Below, in pieces: positions 1 to 24,882 of a stretch of DNA of 64,000 bases; the first letter of the stretch is position 1, and each line of letters begins with the position of its first letter. Source of the DNA: the human T2T-CHM13v2.0 reference genome, Homo sapiens. The DNA lies in assembly GCF_009914755.1 (NCBI RefSeq), contig NC_060925.1; one strand, given 5' to 3'. A program made the position numbers and the translations under genes. The notes beneath the pieces were generated by a model. That model was not told the DNA's origin, ran no database searches, and saw only the letters and a program-made list of their open reading frames with translations.

Positions 1-1941
<1,941 letters not shown>

Positions 1942-2253
1942 TGATGAAGGATTCGAAGGCCTAAACAATAGAGCTTTTGTTCTGTTTTGTTTTTGAGTGG
2001 TCCTGAACAGTTCTTTTGGGCAGGGGAATTTGTCTGTGTGTGAATGTGCAAACATATATATAATCTGAGTGGCTGCCTGGCCTTGTCCTAGGTTTTGTCC
2101 CGTATATACGCCGTCTTTTTTTTTTTTTCTTTCTGCATGTATGTATATTTTCTCAAGGCATCTGTCCTGCACTAGACTTTGGCTTGTCTTTCCAGGCCAG
2201 CTTCCAGAGGATGCTTTGGCAGTTTTCCCTCTGGGTAACCAAGCAGGCTGCAG

Positions 2254-2267
2254 CCAGCAGATGGCAC
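2254..2267 (+). promoter_or_regulatory. CTCF core motif, forward (CCAGCAGATGGCAC)
   Basis: Matches the CCASYAGRKGGCRS consensus and sits in unique, CpG-retaining sequence. Binding is not shown. Confidence 0.6.
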
Positions 2268-2614
2268 TGCAGCAGAAAGGGGCAGAGTCCCTTTAGGCCC
2301 TTGACAAGCACGGCGGATTAGTAACCGTATAATTTAACCCTCCAGTTAGCCTTGGAGGACTCGGTGTCGCACTTCCGCCCGAACTCTAATAAAGCGGGCC
2401 GAGTTGTGTGCAATTAAGGATTTCAGTATGCAAATCTGAATCTGTACTTTTGTCTCCTCCACCCCACCCCCATCATTAGACTGGCAATGTCTTTTGTCAC
2501 GTTGTCAAAGTGTCCTCAGAGAAGCGGTGTCTAGATATCGCCGATTTCTGGTTAAAGTGGCTGAAGTGATCCCAGCATTAATTAAATGCAGGAGAATCGA
2601 GATTCTCCTGATAG

Positions 2615-3163
<549 letters not shown>

Positions 3164-3199
3164 GCGACTTGTTTTTGTTACAAGGTTCCTCATTTCATT

Positions 3200-3900
3200 T
3201 GCAACGTTCAGACGCAGTCTGACTAGATTTCCATCCGGAGTAAGGAAGAGCAGCTCAAGGGCAGTCACGGAGGCCGCAGGTGCGGCTTCTTCACCCGCGG
3301 TGCTGGAGTTCTCTCAAGTGGAAGCCCAGGACGATGAAAACCTCATAGGTAGGCTGCTGCTTACACACAGCAGCCGCCACGGCGCAAAATAAACTACAAA
3401 ACTACAAGCCTTTACCTTTTCAAACACACTGACGCGGGCCAGCCCCAGCCCTACGCCCGCAGGGGCACGCAGAAAAGACTTAGTTACCACGGCCAAGTAC
3501 GAAGCCTTCGAGATAGCGTTCTTCTTACCCTACGTAAACACGCAGTTTCCCGAGCTCGACAATCGGCTAGCCACTCCTGATAGCGTTCGGCGCTCGCCTC
3601 TCGGCCCTTGCTCCTGCGTACTACGGCTTCTTCCAGTCACCTCGGCCCGGATCGGGAAGTGTCAAGCGGGCGCTCCCCCATCTCCGCCGCTATTACCACT
3701 GAACCCGGACCCCCTACCCAGGTCCAGGGCCAGCCGCCATGACGAACGGTGAGAACTGATGCCCTGAGCGGAGGGTGGGAGTGAAGGACGAAGGGAAAAC
3801 GTGGCGGGCGGGGCCGGGACTGACGTGGCCGTTCTCCCCGCCCCCTCCCAGCCCGGCCCCCCTTGGCCTCTCGACGCCCCTAACTTCTGTACCCCTATAC
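3200..3900. promoter_or_regulatory. CpG-island promoter of TMEM167B, probably bidirectional (divergent lncRNA TMEM167B-DT)
   Basis: High CpG density; ETS core GGAAGT at ~3655; GC box at ~3806-3815; TGACGTGG at 3821-3828; minus-strand donor-like GG|GTAAGA near 3528. Confidence 0.75.
3739..3748 (+). CDS. TMEM167B: TMEM167B (protein kish-B) coding exon 1: ATG ACG AAC G
   Basis: gccgccATG Kozak context in a CpG island, followed by G|GTGAGA donor. Joins in frame to exon 2 (M-T-N-V). Confidence 0.93.
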
Positions 3901-5755
3901 TCCTCTACGGGTTCCCCCTTCCCATATTCATCTAGGACCCCCAGTGCCTCTTATGCTCACACCTCGAGTTATCTATCCCTATGCTTTGCTTTCCCTTTTC
4001 TTTTTCTTAGTTCTTTCTGGCCCTTGGAGAGGTCAGTCCCAGAGGTACTACTGCTATTTAAACCCGGGGAAGAGAGAGGCTCCTCCTCCCAGCTCCCTGC
4101 GTTCTCATGCTTTCGGACCGTAGTTTTGTTGAGAGGGCCAATAAATGACATAGAATATCAAGTCCCACACTTTTGGGGGTGCTGGTGAATGTAGACCCCA
4201 CAAAAGCTTCTTCTTACGGAAAAATACCGGAAAGATTTCTGATTTTAAAGTCCTGGCGGGGTGATCCCACGTGGAGACCCTGACTAGTGTTGCAAAGGGT
4301 GGATTTAGACACTGCCTCTTCTAGATGATGAGGCAGTTTATCTGACCTAATTTTCCAGGCCTCTTCAAACACTTTATGAATTCTGAATTCCAGAGGAGGA
4401 CAGGAAGGAGGGCCTTCATGATTTTTAGTGTCAACCTTACAGGAAAGGAGAAGAGAAAGCCTTTTAGGCATTACGATGATTTGAGGGGCTCCGGAAAGCA
4501 TTTCTCAAAAGTACTTTGTCCATAGACCTGGCACTGAAGACTCGAATTTAACCTCCTTGTGAATTTTGGCATTGTCTGCAGAAACTTATGAGAGAAAAGG
4601 GGTAGCACGTGAAGGTATAGTTCCTCAGAAAACCTTAGTGTATGTATTAATTTGCTGGACCCTTTCTTAGTGACAGCTTAGCTGTGAGACAGTTTTACTG
4701 GAGGAAGAGAGGTAGTGTGATCTAGAACTGGCAGACACTGGTTATATATAATATTCATTTGGAGCTTCCTGGGAAGTCAGAGGTCTCAGGATACTAGGCA
4801 CAGTAAGAAAAGGGAATTTACCCAGAGGAAGACAGAATCTGAACCAGGAAGTAAGACAGCAGTTTGACACGGTAGTTGCTGAATAAATTTTAGTCATTCT
4901 TCCCCCATTTTGTGGTCCAATATCTTCTTGTTTTTTGCAATTAGGTGATTCATTGTGCTTCCCTGTACAAGAAATAAGCTTGGTTTATGTATTTAAGAAA
5001 CAGAGCTAAGAAGTTAAAGCTTTCTATGTTGAAGCCTTAGATACTTTTTCTTTGTTTTAGAAAAATCTGTTATTATTCTGGCAGAAATTCGGTTTGTTAA
5101 GAGTATCATCCATAAAGTGTAAGATAATGATAGGAAAATTGTAGTCATGTGGATTCTTACTCTTGCAACTTTCATTAAGCTTAATTTTTTGCCTTAACAT
5201 ATTCTTCACCAACAGTTGCACATCTGACAGTTTTGGCTACATATCTAGCTCTCCTTTATCATATGAGTGATTTATAACAAGAACATGTTAAATTCTCTGT
5301 GCTGAGTCTCTAAGGATTCATATGTCTCAATCTATTGCCAACACTAGTCATTCCTGGGATGCTAATTTCTGCCCAGGATTTCTACTTCTTGAAAGGTGAG
5401 GGGAAGGACCAGTGACATTTTAGTAAAGGGGATGTAAAAAAAAAAATTTTTTTTTGAGTTGGGGTCTCACTCTGTTGCTCAGGCTACAGTGCAGTGGCAT
5501 GATCGTAGTTCATTGCAGCCTCGAACTCCTGGGCTCAATTGATCCCCCTTCCTCCTACAAGCAATTTTTGGGAACAGTAAAATAATCGTGTTAGTCCCAG
5601 GATCCTGGCTCCCCCTTGTCAAGTGTCAGTACTGCCTGTTGAGGTTATTATTTTGTTATTATGTCACACACTATCTTCCTTAGAGTTCTCAGGCGGGATC
5701 ACAGGTCCGACGCTAGATCAGTACCTAAGGTTTTCTTTTCTTCTTTATTTAACAG

Positions 5756-5887
5756 TGTACTCCTTGGATGGGATTCTGGTGTTTGGTTTGCTCTTTGTTT
5801 GCACCTGTGCCTACTTCAAGAAAGTACCTCGTCTCAAAACCTGGCTGCTATCAGAGAAGAAGGGTGTTTGGGGTGTGTTTTACAAAG
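5756..5887 (+). CDS. TMEM167B: TMEM167B coding exon 2 ([44 protein letters not shown])
   Basis: Polypyrimidine tract + aacAG acceptor; AAG|GTGAGG donor; 132 nt. Kish-family (DUF1242) sequence inside track ORF 5623..5952. Confidence 0.96.
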
Positions 5888-6075
5888 GTGAGGCCATGTC
5901 TGGACAGGGAGAAGAGACTGCCATCTCTGGACAGTGTGGAGCTACAAAGTAGGGAGTACAGTGAGCTGGGATTATATTTGGTTTCATTTTTAGAAAAAAA
6001 TCCCTCCGATTGGGTCTGAGAGTCTGGAAAATTAATCATTCTCCAAAGTTGAGGGAAGAGGTAAAAGTTAAAATT

Positions 6076-7160
<1,085 letters not shown>

Positions 7161-7282
7161 CATCCCAGGCCCTTGAGAGCGTTGATATGTCTGTCTGTGA
7201 CTAGAGACTTCAAAATATCACCTTGAAAGTGAGGACTTCGGTGAAGGGCAGGGTGTGATTTCTTCTCTCTTTTGCCTGCTAG

Positions 7283-7365
7283 CCGCTGTGATTGGAACCA
7301 GGCTGCATGCTGCTGTGGCAATTGCTTGTGTTGTAATGGCCTTTTACGTCCTGTTTATAAAATGA
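7283..7365 (+). CDS. TMEM167B: TMEM167B coding exon 3 ([27 protein letters not shown])
   Basis: tcttctctcttttgcctgctAG acceptor; hydrophobic C-terminal helix; TGA at 7363-7365. Exons sum to 10+132+83=225 nt = 74 aa + stop. Confidence 0.95.
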
Positions 7366-9805
7366 ATTCCAAAGCACCCAAGTCATCAACTGCCAACCAA
7401 GGGGACGGGGATGAAGAACCTGTTGGAGACCTGAACCCAGTGTAGGAGAGTTCAGCTGAAATCATCGGTCCCCAGGATGACACCACAGCATCTGCCCCTG
7501 CTATATGTGGGGAAAACTCATGGTCACGAACATTATTTATGCTTCAGGGGACTACAGAAAGCCAGCTTCCTTTGATCTATGTGTAAATCAGTCCTTGGCA
7601 GAGTGCATATAATGTCCGGATAAATTACACCCCTCGGTGATAAGATTACATACCTCCTTCATAAAAACCTGTCATCCTGTTTTGTTCTTCAGCTCCTCAT
7701 CAGGATCTTTTCAAACTGAGGCTCATTAGGGAAGGAACTAGGCTGTGTTCAGACTTCTTTTGAAGAGAGAGAATTTTCAAGACTTCTTTTCACTCTTTGA
7801 TTTGGATCTGGCAAATTGGGGAGGGGATGCTGGGTGGGAAACAGTTATGAAATGCCAAGAAATTCTTTGGCTTTAGAAATTTATCTTTCATGTACCCATC
7901 CGGGAACATAAAAGAGAGGCATAGTGCTCATTGCAAAAAGAGAACAGATGAAGTAGCTGTGTTATGTGCTGGTATCTTGAGAGTTTTGCCAAGAAAATCT
8001 GGGCCTACATAAAATTTGAGAATTATCTGTGTGATGAGACCAGAAAGCAGTGGCTTAGACAAGAAAAAATCTTTCTGTTCACCAGTATCCTCAAATGGAG
8101 ACTTCACTTGATCAGATGGTATATGAAAAATGAATCAACTATTGCTATTTCGTAAAACCTTTTTATATTTTCTAAATTTACTTAGTGCTAAATACTGTTA
8201 CTCAGTTTTAAATGCCACGACTAGGGGAAAAAGAAACTATTGAAGAAATAATTGTTTAGTATATTTGCAGTTGGGGTAGAAGAAAGAAATCTAGTATATT
8301 GATTCATATACTAGTAAATTCATCTAGTATAAGAACTTGTGATGTTAGATTGAAGTTTTGTCATCTTATAAAAGACAACAAACTTATTTTCTGTTTAAGT
8401 CTGAGTGTTATGGCAATTTTTAGTTGATTACTTATTTTTCTTAGCCAAATTTTAATTTTCTTCATATTGCATTGCTCTTTAGTTGTCTCTGGAAATTCTA
8501 TTTACTTTAAGGACATGAGAAATTCAAATGAGAGAAGTTGCTGATATTCATCAGTGTGTTTGGACAGTTCATAGGGTCCACAAATCAAATGAGGTTGTTT
8601 CCTGAAGTAGAAGAAAACAGAACTTTGCAATTGATACTGAAGTACTTTGCCATGGAGTTAGTAACTCCTGAGCAGACCATTTTAGATGGCTCAGCATTTG
8701 GCAGGAAGACTTCTCCATTCCCTGCTTATATCTATGGAAGGATCAGCTGTTGGATGTCTAGAACTTCTCTATTTAAAAAAAAAGAGTAGGTCTAAAATTA
8801 AATTATTATAAGCAAGCATAGACATGGGTCTTCCAGTTGAATTGTCCATTACCGTAAAACTTAATGGTGGACAAGTTAGCTGTGGTTGATTCCTGTGTGG
8901 CAGTAAATTGTCTTCTGTCTGCTTACTCCAAATAATAAAAGCTGCTAGGAAGTTTAGATTTTGAAATAGGCAGTTTAATGCTTTGAGGGTTTCTAGAAAT
9001 ACAGAAAGTCATCAAGTAAACACTGCATGTCTAATCATCTCAGAGTTGTGGCTGTTATCTCTTCAGGAATTGGTCCACAGGGTAAATTTCAACAATTCAT
9101 ACGTTTTCCATTGTCATTTCTGAGGACCTTTGAGATGAGAGAAAGGAAATCTAGTGGAACAGGAAAGAGAGTTACACCTTGTGGGTGTGAGTTTGGGACC
9201 TGTTGGCAGAAGGGAATGTCACTCCCTGGAAACAGGTTCAGCATGTTTGCACTTGTTATTTTGTAGCTTTAATGATTTTTGTTTTCTAATAGGGCAAATG
9301 TCTCTAAGCTTGGTGTTTAGAGCTGCTTCATATTTTAAACTAGTTCCATTCCACAGTTCTAGTTCAAACCAGTTTTTACAGCCTCCTGGGTGGGTCGTCT
9401 TGACCCAAACTCTTGTGTTGTTACATTTTGAGAGGTTTTCATACCAGAATGTACCAAAAAGTGCACAAGGTAAAGGTAATTTACAGCCAGAAACAAATAT
9501 ACATTTGTTTCATTTCTTGACTTTCCCTAAGCAGATAAGCAGAAACTTGTTTAACTCATTACTTTGTTTGATGTGTCTTACATATTTTTGACTAAAAGTT
9601 ATAGAATGTTATTCCTCTGGGGGAATCTTTTACAGGTGGAGGAATGGGGATAGCAGTATTGCCTCAGATTCAAACTGGCATCACCATAAACCCTGTAGGC
9701 CAGGGTGGAATGAAGTCAGCTCCTTTTTATAGTTGAAATACAATTTTTTATTCACCATTGTCTGCACAAATCCTTGAAAATAAACCTTTTTTTCCCTACA
9801 GTCTT
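7366..9805 (+). other. TMEM167B: TMEM167B 3' UTR (~2.4 kb, no Alu) with candidate poly(A) signals
   Basis: AATAAA at 8934-8939 and 9779-9784; the distal one is followed by U/GU-rich sequence. The end point is inferred. Confidence 0.7.
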
Positions 9806-10303
9806 TGTCAATTTATTTGTCACATGCTGAATTTATTGAAGTTTGTTCAGTCCTCCCCTGGGTTCAGTTCATAGCCTACCTTTTTAGTTCACATTAGTAA
9901 ATACCATCATTCCTGTTATCCCATTGTGAGAGCATTGAATGTATTATATAGTTAAGAATCTATGATGGCCTAGTTTTCTCCTTTAGGGCAGCTGAGACAG
10001 ATATATCTAGAGATATCTATAACTAGATATATATATGTATATATGATATGCTGAGATATATATAACTAAATATAAATGCATGTAGTAAGTTTTCATATAT
10101 ATACGAATAAGATATTCATATATATGTGAATGAATAAGTATTGAGGTATATGAATGAAATAAGGTAGATAGCACCCCCAATACATTCCATCTGCTATTGC
10201 TATTAAAATACAAGTATCATCTGCTCTAAACAGTCATAAACATCTTCATTCAAATGAAGTTAACAAGTTAACCAGCCAGACACCTAGAAAATCCTTGAGC
10301 CAG

Positions 10304-10474
10304 ACTTTGGGAGGCTGAAGCGGGTGGATCACTTGACGTTAGGTGTTCGAGACCAGTCTGCCCAACATGGTGAAACTCTGTCTCTACTAAAAATACGAAA
10401 AAAGAATGTGTCACTGCACTCCAGGCTAGGTGACAGAGCGAGACTCCGTCTCAAAAAAAAAATAAAAAATAAAA
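10304..10474 (+). mobile_element. 5'-truncated, internally deleted Alu
   Basis: Perfect 16-bp TSD AAAATCCTTGAGCCAG at 10288-10303 and 10475-10490; most of the right arm is missing. Confidence 0.85.
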
Positions 10475-10892
10475 AAAATCCTTGAGCCAGCGGGATTCTG
10501 GCACATACAATGGGTACTTTCCCCCTTATTTGTTTATTTCAAGTGCCTGGTGAGACTGGCACAAGTACAAATTAGAACTTAAATCATTTTGTACTACTCT
10601 CCAAAATTCTTCTGATTTCTACCCCCCAACACCCATTTCATTGAAAAAGGAAAAAGAAGGAATTGAGCCATTAAAATTATGCTTTCTAATGTGAGAGGAG
10701 CTAATTCTGCTTATATAACCACTGCTATTTTACACTCTACTCATTCTGGAACTTGGAAGTCAACGTATGTTTTAATAGATATGACCATAAATGAAGGCTC
10801 AAAAATTTGGGTGCCACAGCATTAAGTTGTGGGCAGACTTAGGGCTCTCTAAGTGGGGACAGGAATATGCCTTCCTATCTGTACCCATTTCA

Positions 10893-12850
<1,958 letters not shown>

Positions 12851-13004
12851 CACGATTCTGTAAGGTGGAAATTAGTACTGCCTTTTCCTGGGACCTATGT
12901 TCCCCTCCGAGCCACGCGAGGGCAGCAACGCGCGCACTCTGAGGAACACCCCCTTCCTCAGGACTCGTCCGCCTGTGCTCGGTGGTTTCTCCCAGAATCC
13001 TCCA

Positions 13005-13058
13005 AGGCGCGGGAGGGGGCGGAGAGCTTAAAAGTCGCGGGGGGAGCGGACTTCCGCT
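13005..13058 (+). promoter_or_regulatory. Pol II promoter of SCARNA2
   Basis: GC box GGGGGCGGAG at ~13015-13024; TATA-like TTAAAA at 13028-13033 (about -30); ETS ACTTCCG at 13050-13056; CpG island ~12900-13620. Confidence 0.7.
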
Positions 13059-13478
13059 GTTTTAGGGAGGGAGAGCGGCCTGGGTCCTGGGTGTTGTGTG
13101 CGGAGCTGTGGCGTCGCGTGTGAGGCGCGTGCAGGGTGAGTGTGAGTGGACGCGTGAGTGTGTGAGTGTGCGCGCTTGGAGCGTGTTAGGCGAGTGCGTG
13201 CGCCCACCCCTGCGCCCCTCCTCCCGCTTACACTTTGATCTTATTTGATCGGATCGTGACCCCAGCCCCGCCGGGCCGACCCGAAATGAAAAGCTCTCCT
13301 CCTGCGAAGCCCCCTCGGGGCGCTGTGCAGCGAGGCCCCTTAGGCGGCGGCCACGCTGTGGTCCCCGAGGTCCCGGAGCTGGCCCTGCGGGGCCCGGCGC
13401 TCAGAAGTGATGAATTGATCAGATAGACGAGGCCGGGCTTGTCCCCGGCCACTGATTATCGAGGCGATTCTGATCTGG
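13059..13478 (+). ncRNA. SCARNA2: Small Cajal body-specific RNA 2 (mgU2-25/61), ~420-nt C/D scaRNA guiding U2 2'-O-methylation
   Basis: Guide TACACTTTGATCTTA (13229-13243) is antisense to U2 nt 22-35 with one bulge; the D-like TTGA at 13245 puts C13240 opposite U2 G25. C box GTGATGA at 13407-13413. Guide ATCAGATA (13418-13425) + D' ACGA (13427-13430) targets U2 C61 by the D+5 rule. Terminal D box CTGA at 13470-13473. GU-rich 5' arm. Confidence 0.96.
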
Positions 13479-13577
13479 GCACGGCCACCGGGCTGCGGGC
13501 TGCCGGTGGCGTAGGGGCGAGCACGTGAACGGCGGCGGCGGGCGGGGATGCTGAGCGCGGTGGCCAAGGGTAAATGA

Positions 13578-17632
<4,055 letters not shown>

Positions 17633-18637
17633 ACCTTTCTCTCTTTTTTAGCTTAGAAAACTACTTATTTAATTGTTTTGAGACAGGGTCTCACTCTGTT
17701 GCCCAGGCTGGAGCGCAGTGGCTCCATCATGGCTCACTGCAGGCTCAATCTCCCGGGCTCCAGTGTTCCTCATGCCTCAGCTAAAAGTGTTGGCATTACA
17801 AGCATGAGCCATCACACCTATTGTGCAATATTCTAAAAGGTTTGCCATTCTTGTCCAATCTTTTTTATGACACAGCAGGTCCCTGTGAGTGACTTGTAAT
17901 TTTGGAAATCACTGAATACATCAGTTTTTAGGTACTGCAAACCCAAGCACCAGGTTTTTGAACCATGTTTATAAGAATCAGGGCTATATATCACAGCACG
18001 AATTGACACAAAGGAAAGGGAGTTGACTCCCAGGCAAGGACAAATAGCAGAGTTAGAGATTAACAGTGGCGAGTCAGGACCAGGGAGATGGAACCAAGGA
18101 AAAGTAAAGCCCAGCAAATGCCTAAACCCAGGACGGCTAAATCTCTTAAGTGTGACCTTAGCATAAATACTGATGTTATTTGGAGCTTCTGAAAATACAA
18201 GGTAGCTCATGTCCATTTTTGTTTCCTCAACACTTAGCTCAGTTCCTGGCACATAAAGGTTTGCTGGCAGTGTTGAATGGATGGCTCTGTATGGTTGGAG
18301 TGACTTCAGTTTACAAAATATGAATATCTGTATCCTACCAAAGACTGCTGTTGTGTCCTAAATCTTCATCAGCAAGATATGATTTTCCAAGTTGCAAATA
18401 TACCCCAAAGGACTAGTTTCTACGAGATGGGTAATTTCCTTCCCGTGTTTTAAGAGTAGTCAAGTGGAGGCCGGGCGTGGTGGCTCACACCTGTAATCCC
18501 AGCACTTTGGGAGGCTGAGGTGGGTGGATCATGAGTCAGGAGTTCAAGACCACCCTGGCCAACATGGTGAAACCCTGTCTCTACTAATAATACAAAAATT
18601 AGCCAGGCGTGGTGGCGTGTGCCTGTAGTCCCTACTA

Positions 18638-18773
<136 letters not shown>

Positions 18774-18893
18774 TCAAGTGGCAATTTGTAATCTATGGAT
18801 AACAGACACTTCAGACTTCATCTTGCACAAATCTATTTAATGGAAGTGGGCCGCAGTATGTTTCACTATAATTAGTTCAGGGATCTGTCAACA

Positions 18894-18964
18894 CTAGGTG
18901 GAGAAGAAGCCACCATCTTTCTTTCGGGAGTAGCCTCCATTGGTGGCTGCAGTGTGAGGGGACA
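18894..18964 (-). CDS. CFAP276: CFAP276 last coding exon (VSPHTAATNGGYSRKKDGGFFST*)
   Basis: ttttctccacAG acceptor; TAG at 18894-18896; ATTAAA poly(A) signal on the minus strand at 18836-18841. Confidence 0.93.
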
Positions 18965-19400
18965 CTGTGGAGAAAAGAGAAGAGGAAGTGGACTGAATTT
19001 CAGATCGTTGGCCTTTTCTAGGAAACTTTAAACATCAATACATTTGTAGGTACTGTGGAGAAGCTTCTCATAACAGCTGGGAAAACCGGCATATGGAGGA
19101 CTGATGGGAGGTACTTATAGGTCTTCCACCCCCAGGTTTTTGCCCTTGCTGTAAATGTTTGTCTCCTAGACCTAAGGCTGAGCAAAGAGGCTCTGAAAAA
19201 TTGAATTAATTTCCTAGCTCTATAGTCAGCATGTCCCCTGGTATTAATCTGGTACTTGCCAACTTAATCATTGCTTTCCAAGACCCACAGATATCCTTCA
19301 TCTTCCCTACTGTCCAATCACCTTAAATCCCTGATTCATGGGTCCATTTAGAAAGACTCCCCCACTGCCCCATCTGCTTACCCAGTCCTCTAACCCTTAC

Positions 19401-19525
19401 CTATGGATCCTTGGATGCTGTGGATGGACTCCTTTTTAGGGTTGATCCAGTGTCTGATGTTAGCCAGGAAAGTGATGGGTGGAGTGGGAGGGGTTAAAAA
19501 TTCTCCAGGGAATTGGATCTTGGTT
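19401..19525 (-). CDS. CFAP276: CFAP276 coding exon (RTKIQFPGEFLTPPTPPITFLANIRHWINPKKESIHSIQGSI)
   Basis: ttctAG acceptor; G|GTAAGG donor; 125 nt; phases match both neighbours. Confidence 0.93.
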
Positions 19526-19872
19526 CTAGAAGAAGGCATAGGGAAGAAAAGTGGAGAGTGAAATCAATCAGAGAAAGGTGAGGAAGGCAAGGTAGTTGAA
19601 TGTGATCTCAAGAATAAAGCAGCCAAAGACTCTTTTTACCTCTGTGGGATTAACCAAAGATTTTGTTTATACAGATGAGCACAATCTTGGGAGATTTCTG
19701 TTCATCTTAGACAGTGAAAATACAGAAACTATATTATAGACACAGATGTAAAAATACAGAAATTTGTATACAAATGAGTACCTAGTGATTATCATTTTCC
19801 AGGTGACATTTTACCTTATATGACTGGATGGCAGCATGTTTAGGCTGGAGAGGCTCTGCCTCTACCACTTAC

Positions 19873-19988
19873 CTATAGGTATCCTGCGTGGTTTTCTGGT
19901 TTAACAGTATCTCACTTTTGTTCTTGAATGTCCCAGTGTGGTGGTTGTACAAGGCTGCTAAGCGGAAGTCCAGGTCATCCTTTGGTAT
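19873..19988 (-). CDS. CFAP276: CFAP276 coding exon (IPKDDLDFRLAALYNHHTGTFKNKSEILLNQKTTQDTY)
   Basis: cttctgtAG acceptor; AG|GTAAGT donor; 116 nt. Confidence 0.93.
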
Positions 19989-20342
19989 CTACAGAAGTCA
20001 GTCCCCCCCAAGGTTAGCTCAGCCACCTGTGTCCCTGCTCTAGTCAGGTTCTATTGTGCTCTACTCTTCCCCAAAAGTATAGTGAAGGCTCTCTTGGGCC
20101 TGAAATCCACCAACTCCGTACACACTAAATTGTTGTATATGATAACTCTTGTTGATATGGAATTATCTTTGGGTTAGGTCTAGGGAGTGGTGAGCTCTCA
20201 CTGGAGACTCAGGAATATTGTTCCTGATGTGGGCTTAATGAACTTTACCTCATTCATGTTTATATTCAGTCCTTGTTTTAGTTAGAGAATGAGAAGGTTT
20301 GTAAAATCATTTGCTCTAGATAACTGCCTAGAGCAAAACCTA

Positions 20343-21399
<1,057 letters not shown>

Positions 21400-22025
21400 T
21401 AATGAGAACTGACAGAAACAGGCCAGGAATATAGGAGAAGGTGTGGAGTGGGATGAGGGGAGTGAAGAGTTGGGAGCAGATAGGAAAAATGATGAGCTTA
21501 GGTTTAGATGTACTGAGTTTGAAGAAAAGGTGAGACATTCTAATGCAAATAACAGGTAGAAAATTGGAAGTGTAACTTGTTGGAGGAGAGCTCAGAAGTC
21601 TTGGTTGTCCACATGAAGTAGTAGCTGAAGCCTGCAAAATGGAGTCAGGCCAAAAGGGAAGAACGGGTTTGTGAGGATTGTACAGTATTATAACTGGGAG
21701 TGAGGAGGGCCCTAGAGAAGCAGTCAGAGACGAAATCAGGAGAATGCAATGTCTAAGCAGGTGAGAAAAAGATTCCAATAAGCAGGGAAGGGTCATTGAT
21801 TGCAGGAATGGCAGAAAAAGTCCACTGGACATTAGTCCTCTCAATAAAACTCCACAGGCATGAATGTAAAAAGCATGTAACAGATTTCTTCATTATATGT
21901 AAAATGCCATATTCACCACTGTATCCCCAGTTCCTAGCACACTACCTAACACATGGTATTAAAAAATGCTTGAATCCACTATATCATTTGACTGAATTCC
22001 AGTGAGTGCAACTAACAACCTATTA

Positions 22026-22703
<678 letters not shown>

Positions 22704-23099
22704 TGAGTCATACCTTAATTGAACAGTGTGTATCAGGCACTGTGCTATCACTGAGAAGAATGAAGTATGAAAGAAAGAAAGCTACAGGTATTTGATGCCA
22801 GCATAGGCTCAGTTGTCCTTTGATGTGGCCCTGAGCAGCACTCCTCCCACTCTCCTTGAAGACCACTTAAACCTCGTCATCTCTGTCAGCAGAAGGATGA
22901 GTCTGTCTTTCACTGAGAAAGTCCAGACTGTCAAGCATGAATGCCATCTTTACATCCACTTTCTTTCCATCTCAGGGAAAGGAAAGTCCCTTTTACTCAA
23001 GAATAACCCTTTCTCCCCAGACCCACCCTTCCCTGGTCTTCTGAGACCTGTACCATTCTGCATACGCTCTCTTCTGACCCCAGCCTCACTTCATTTCTT

Positions 23100-24882
<1,783 letters not shown>

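Noticed and set aside
9154-9591. 145-aa ORF in unique sequence
   Set aside because: It lies in the TMEM167B 3' UTR, starts at GTG and has no recognisable domain; most likely a chance ORF without Ribo-seq support.
9995-10150. AT-rich quasi-palindromic stretch after the TMEM167B 3' end
   Set aside because: Consistent with a decayed (TA)n low-complexity repeat; no ordered structure or RNA motif.
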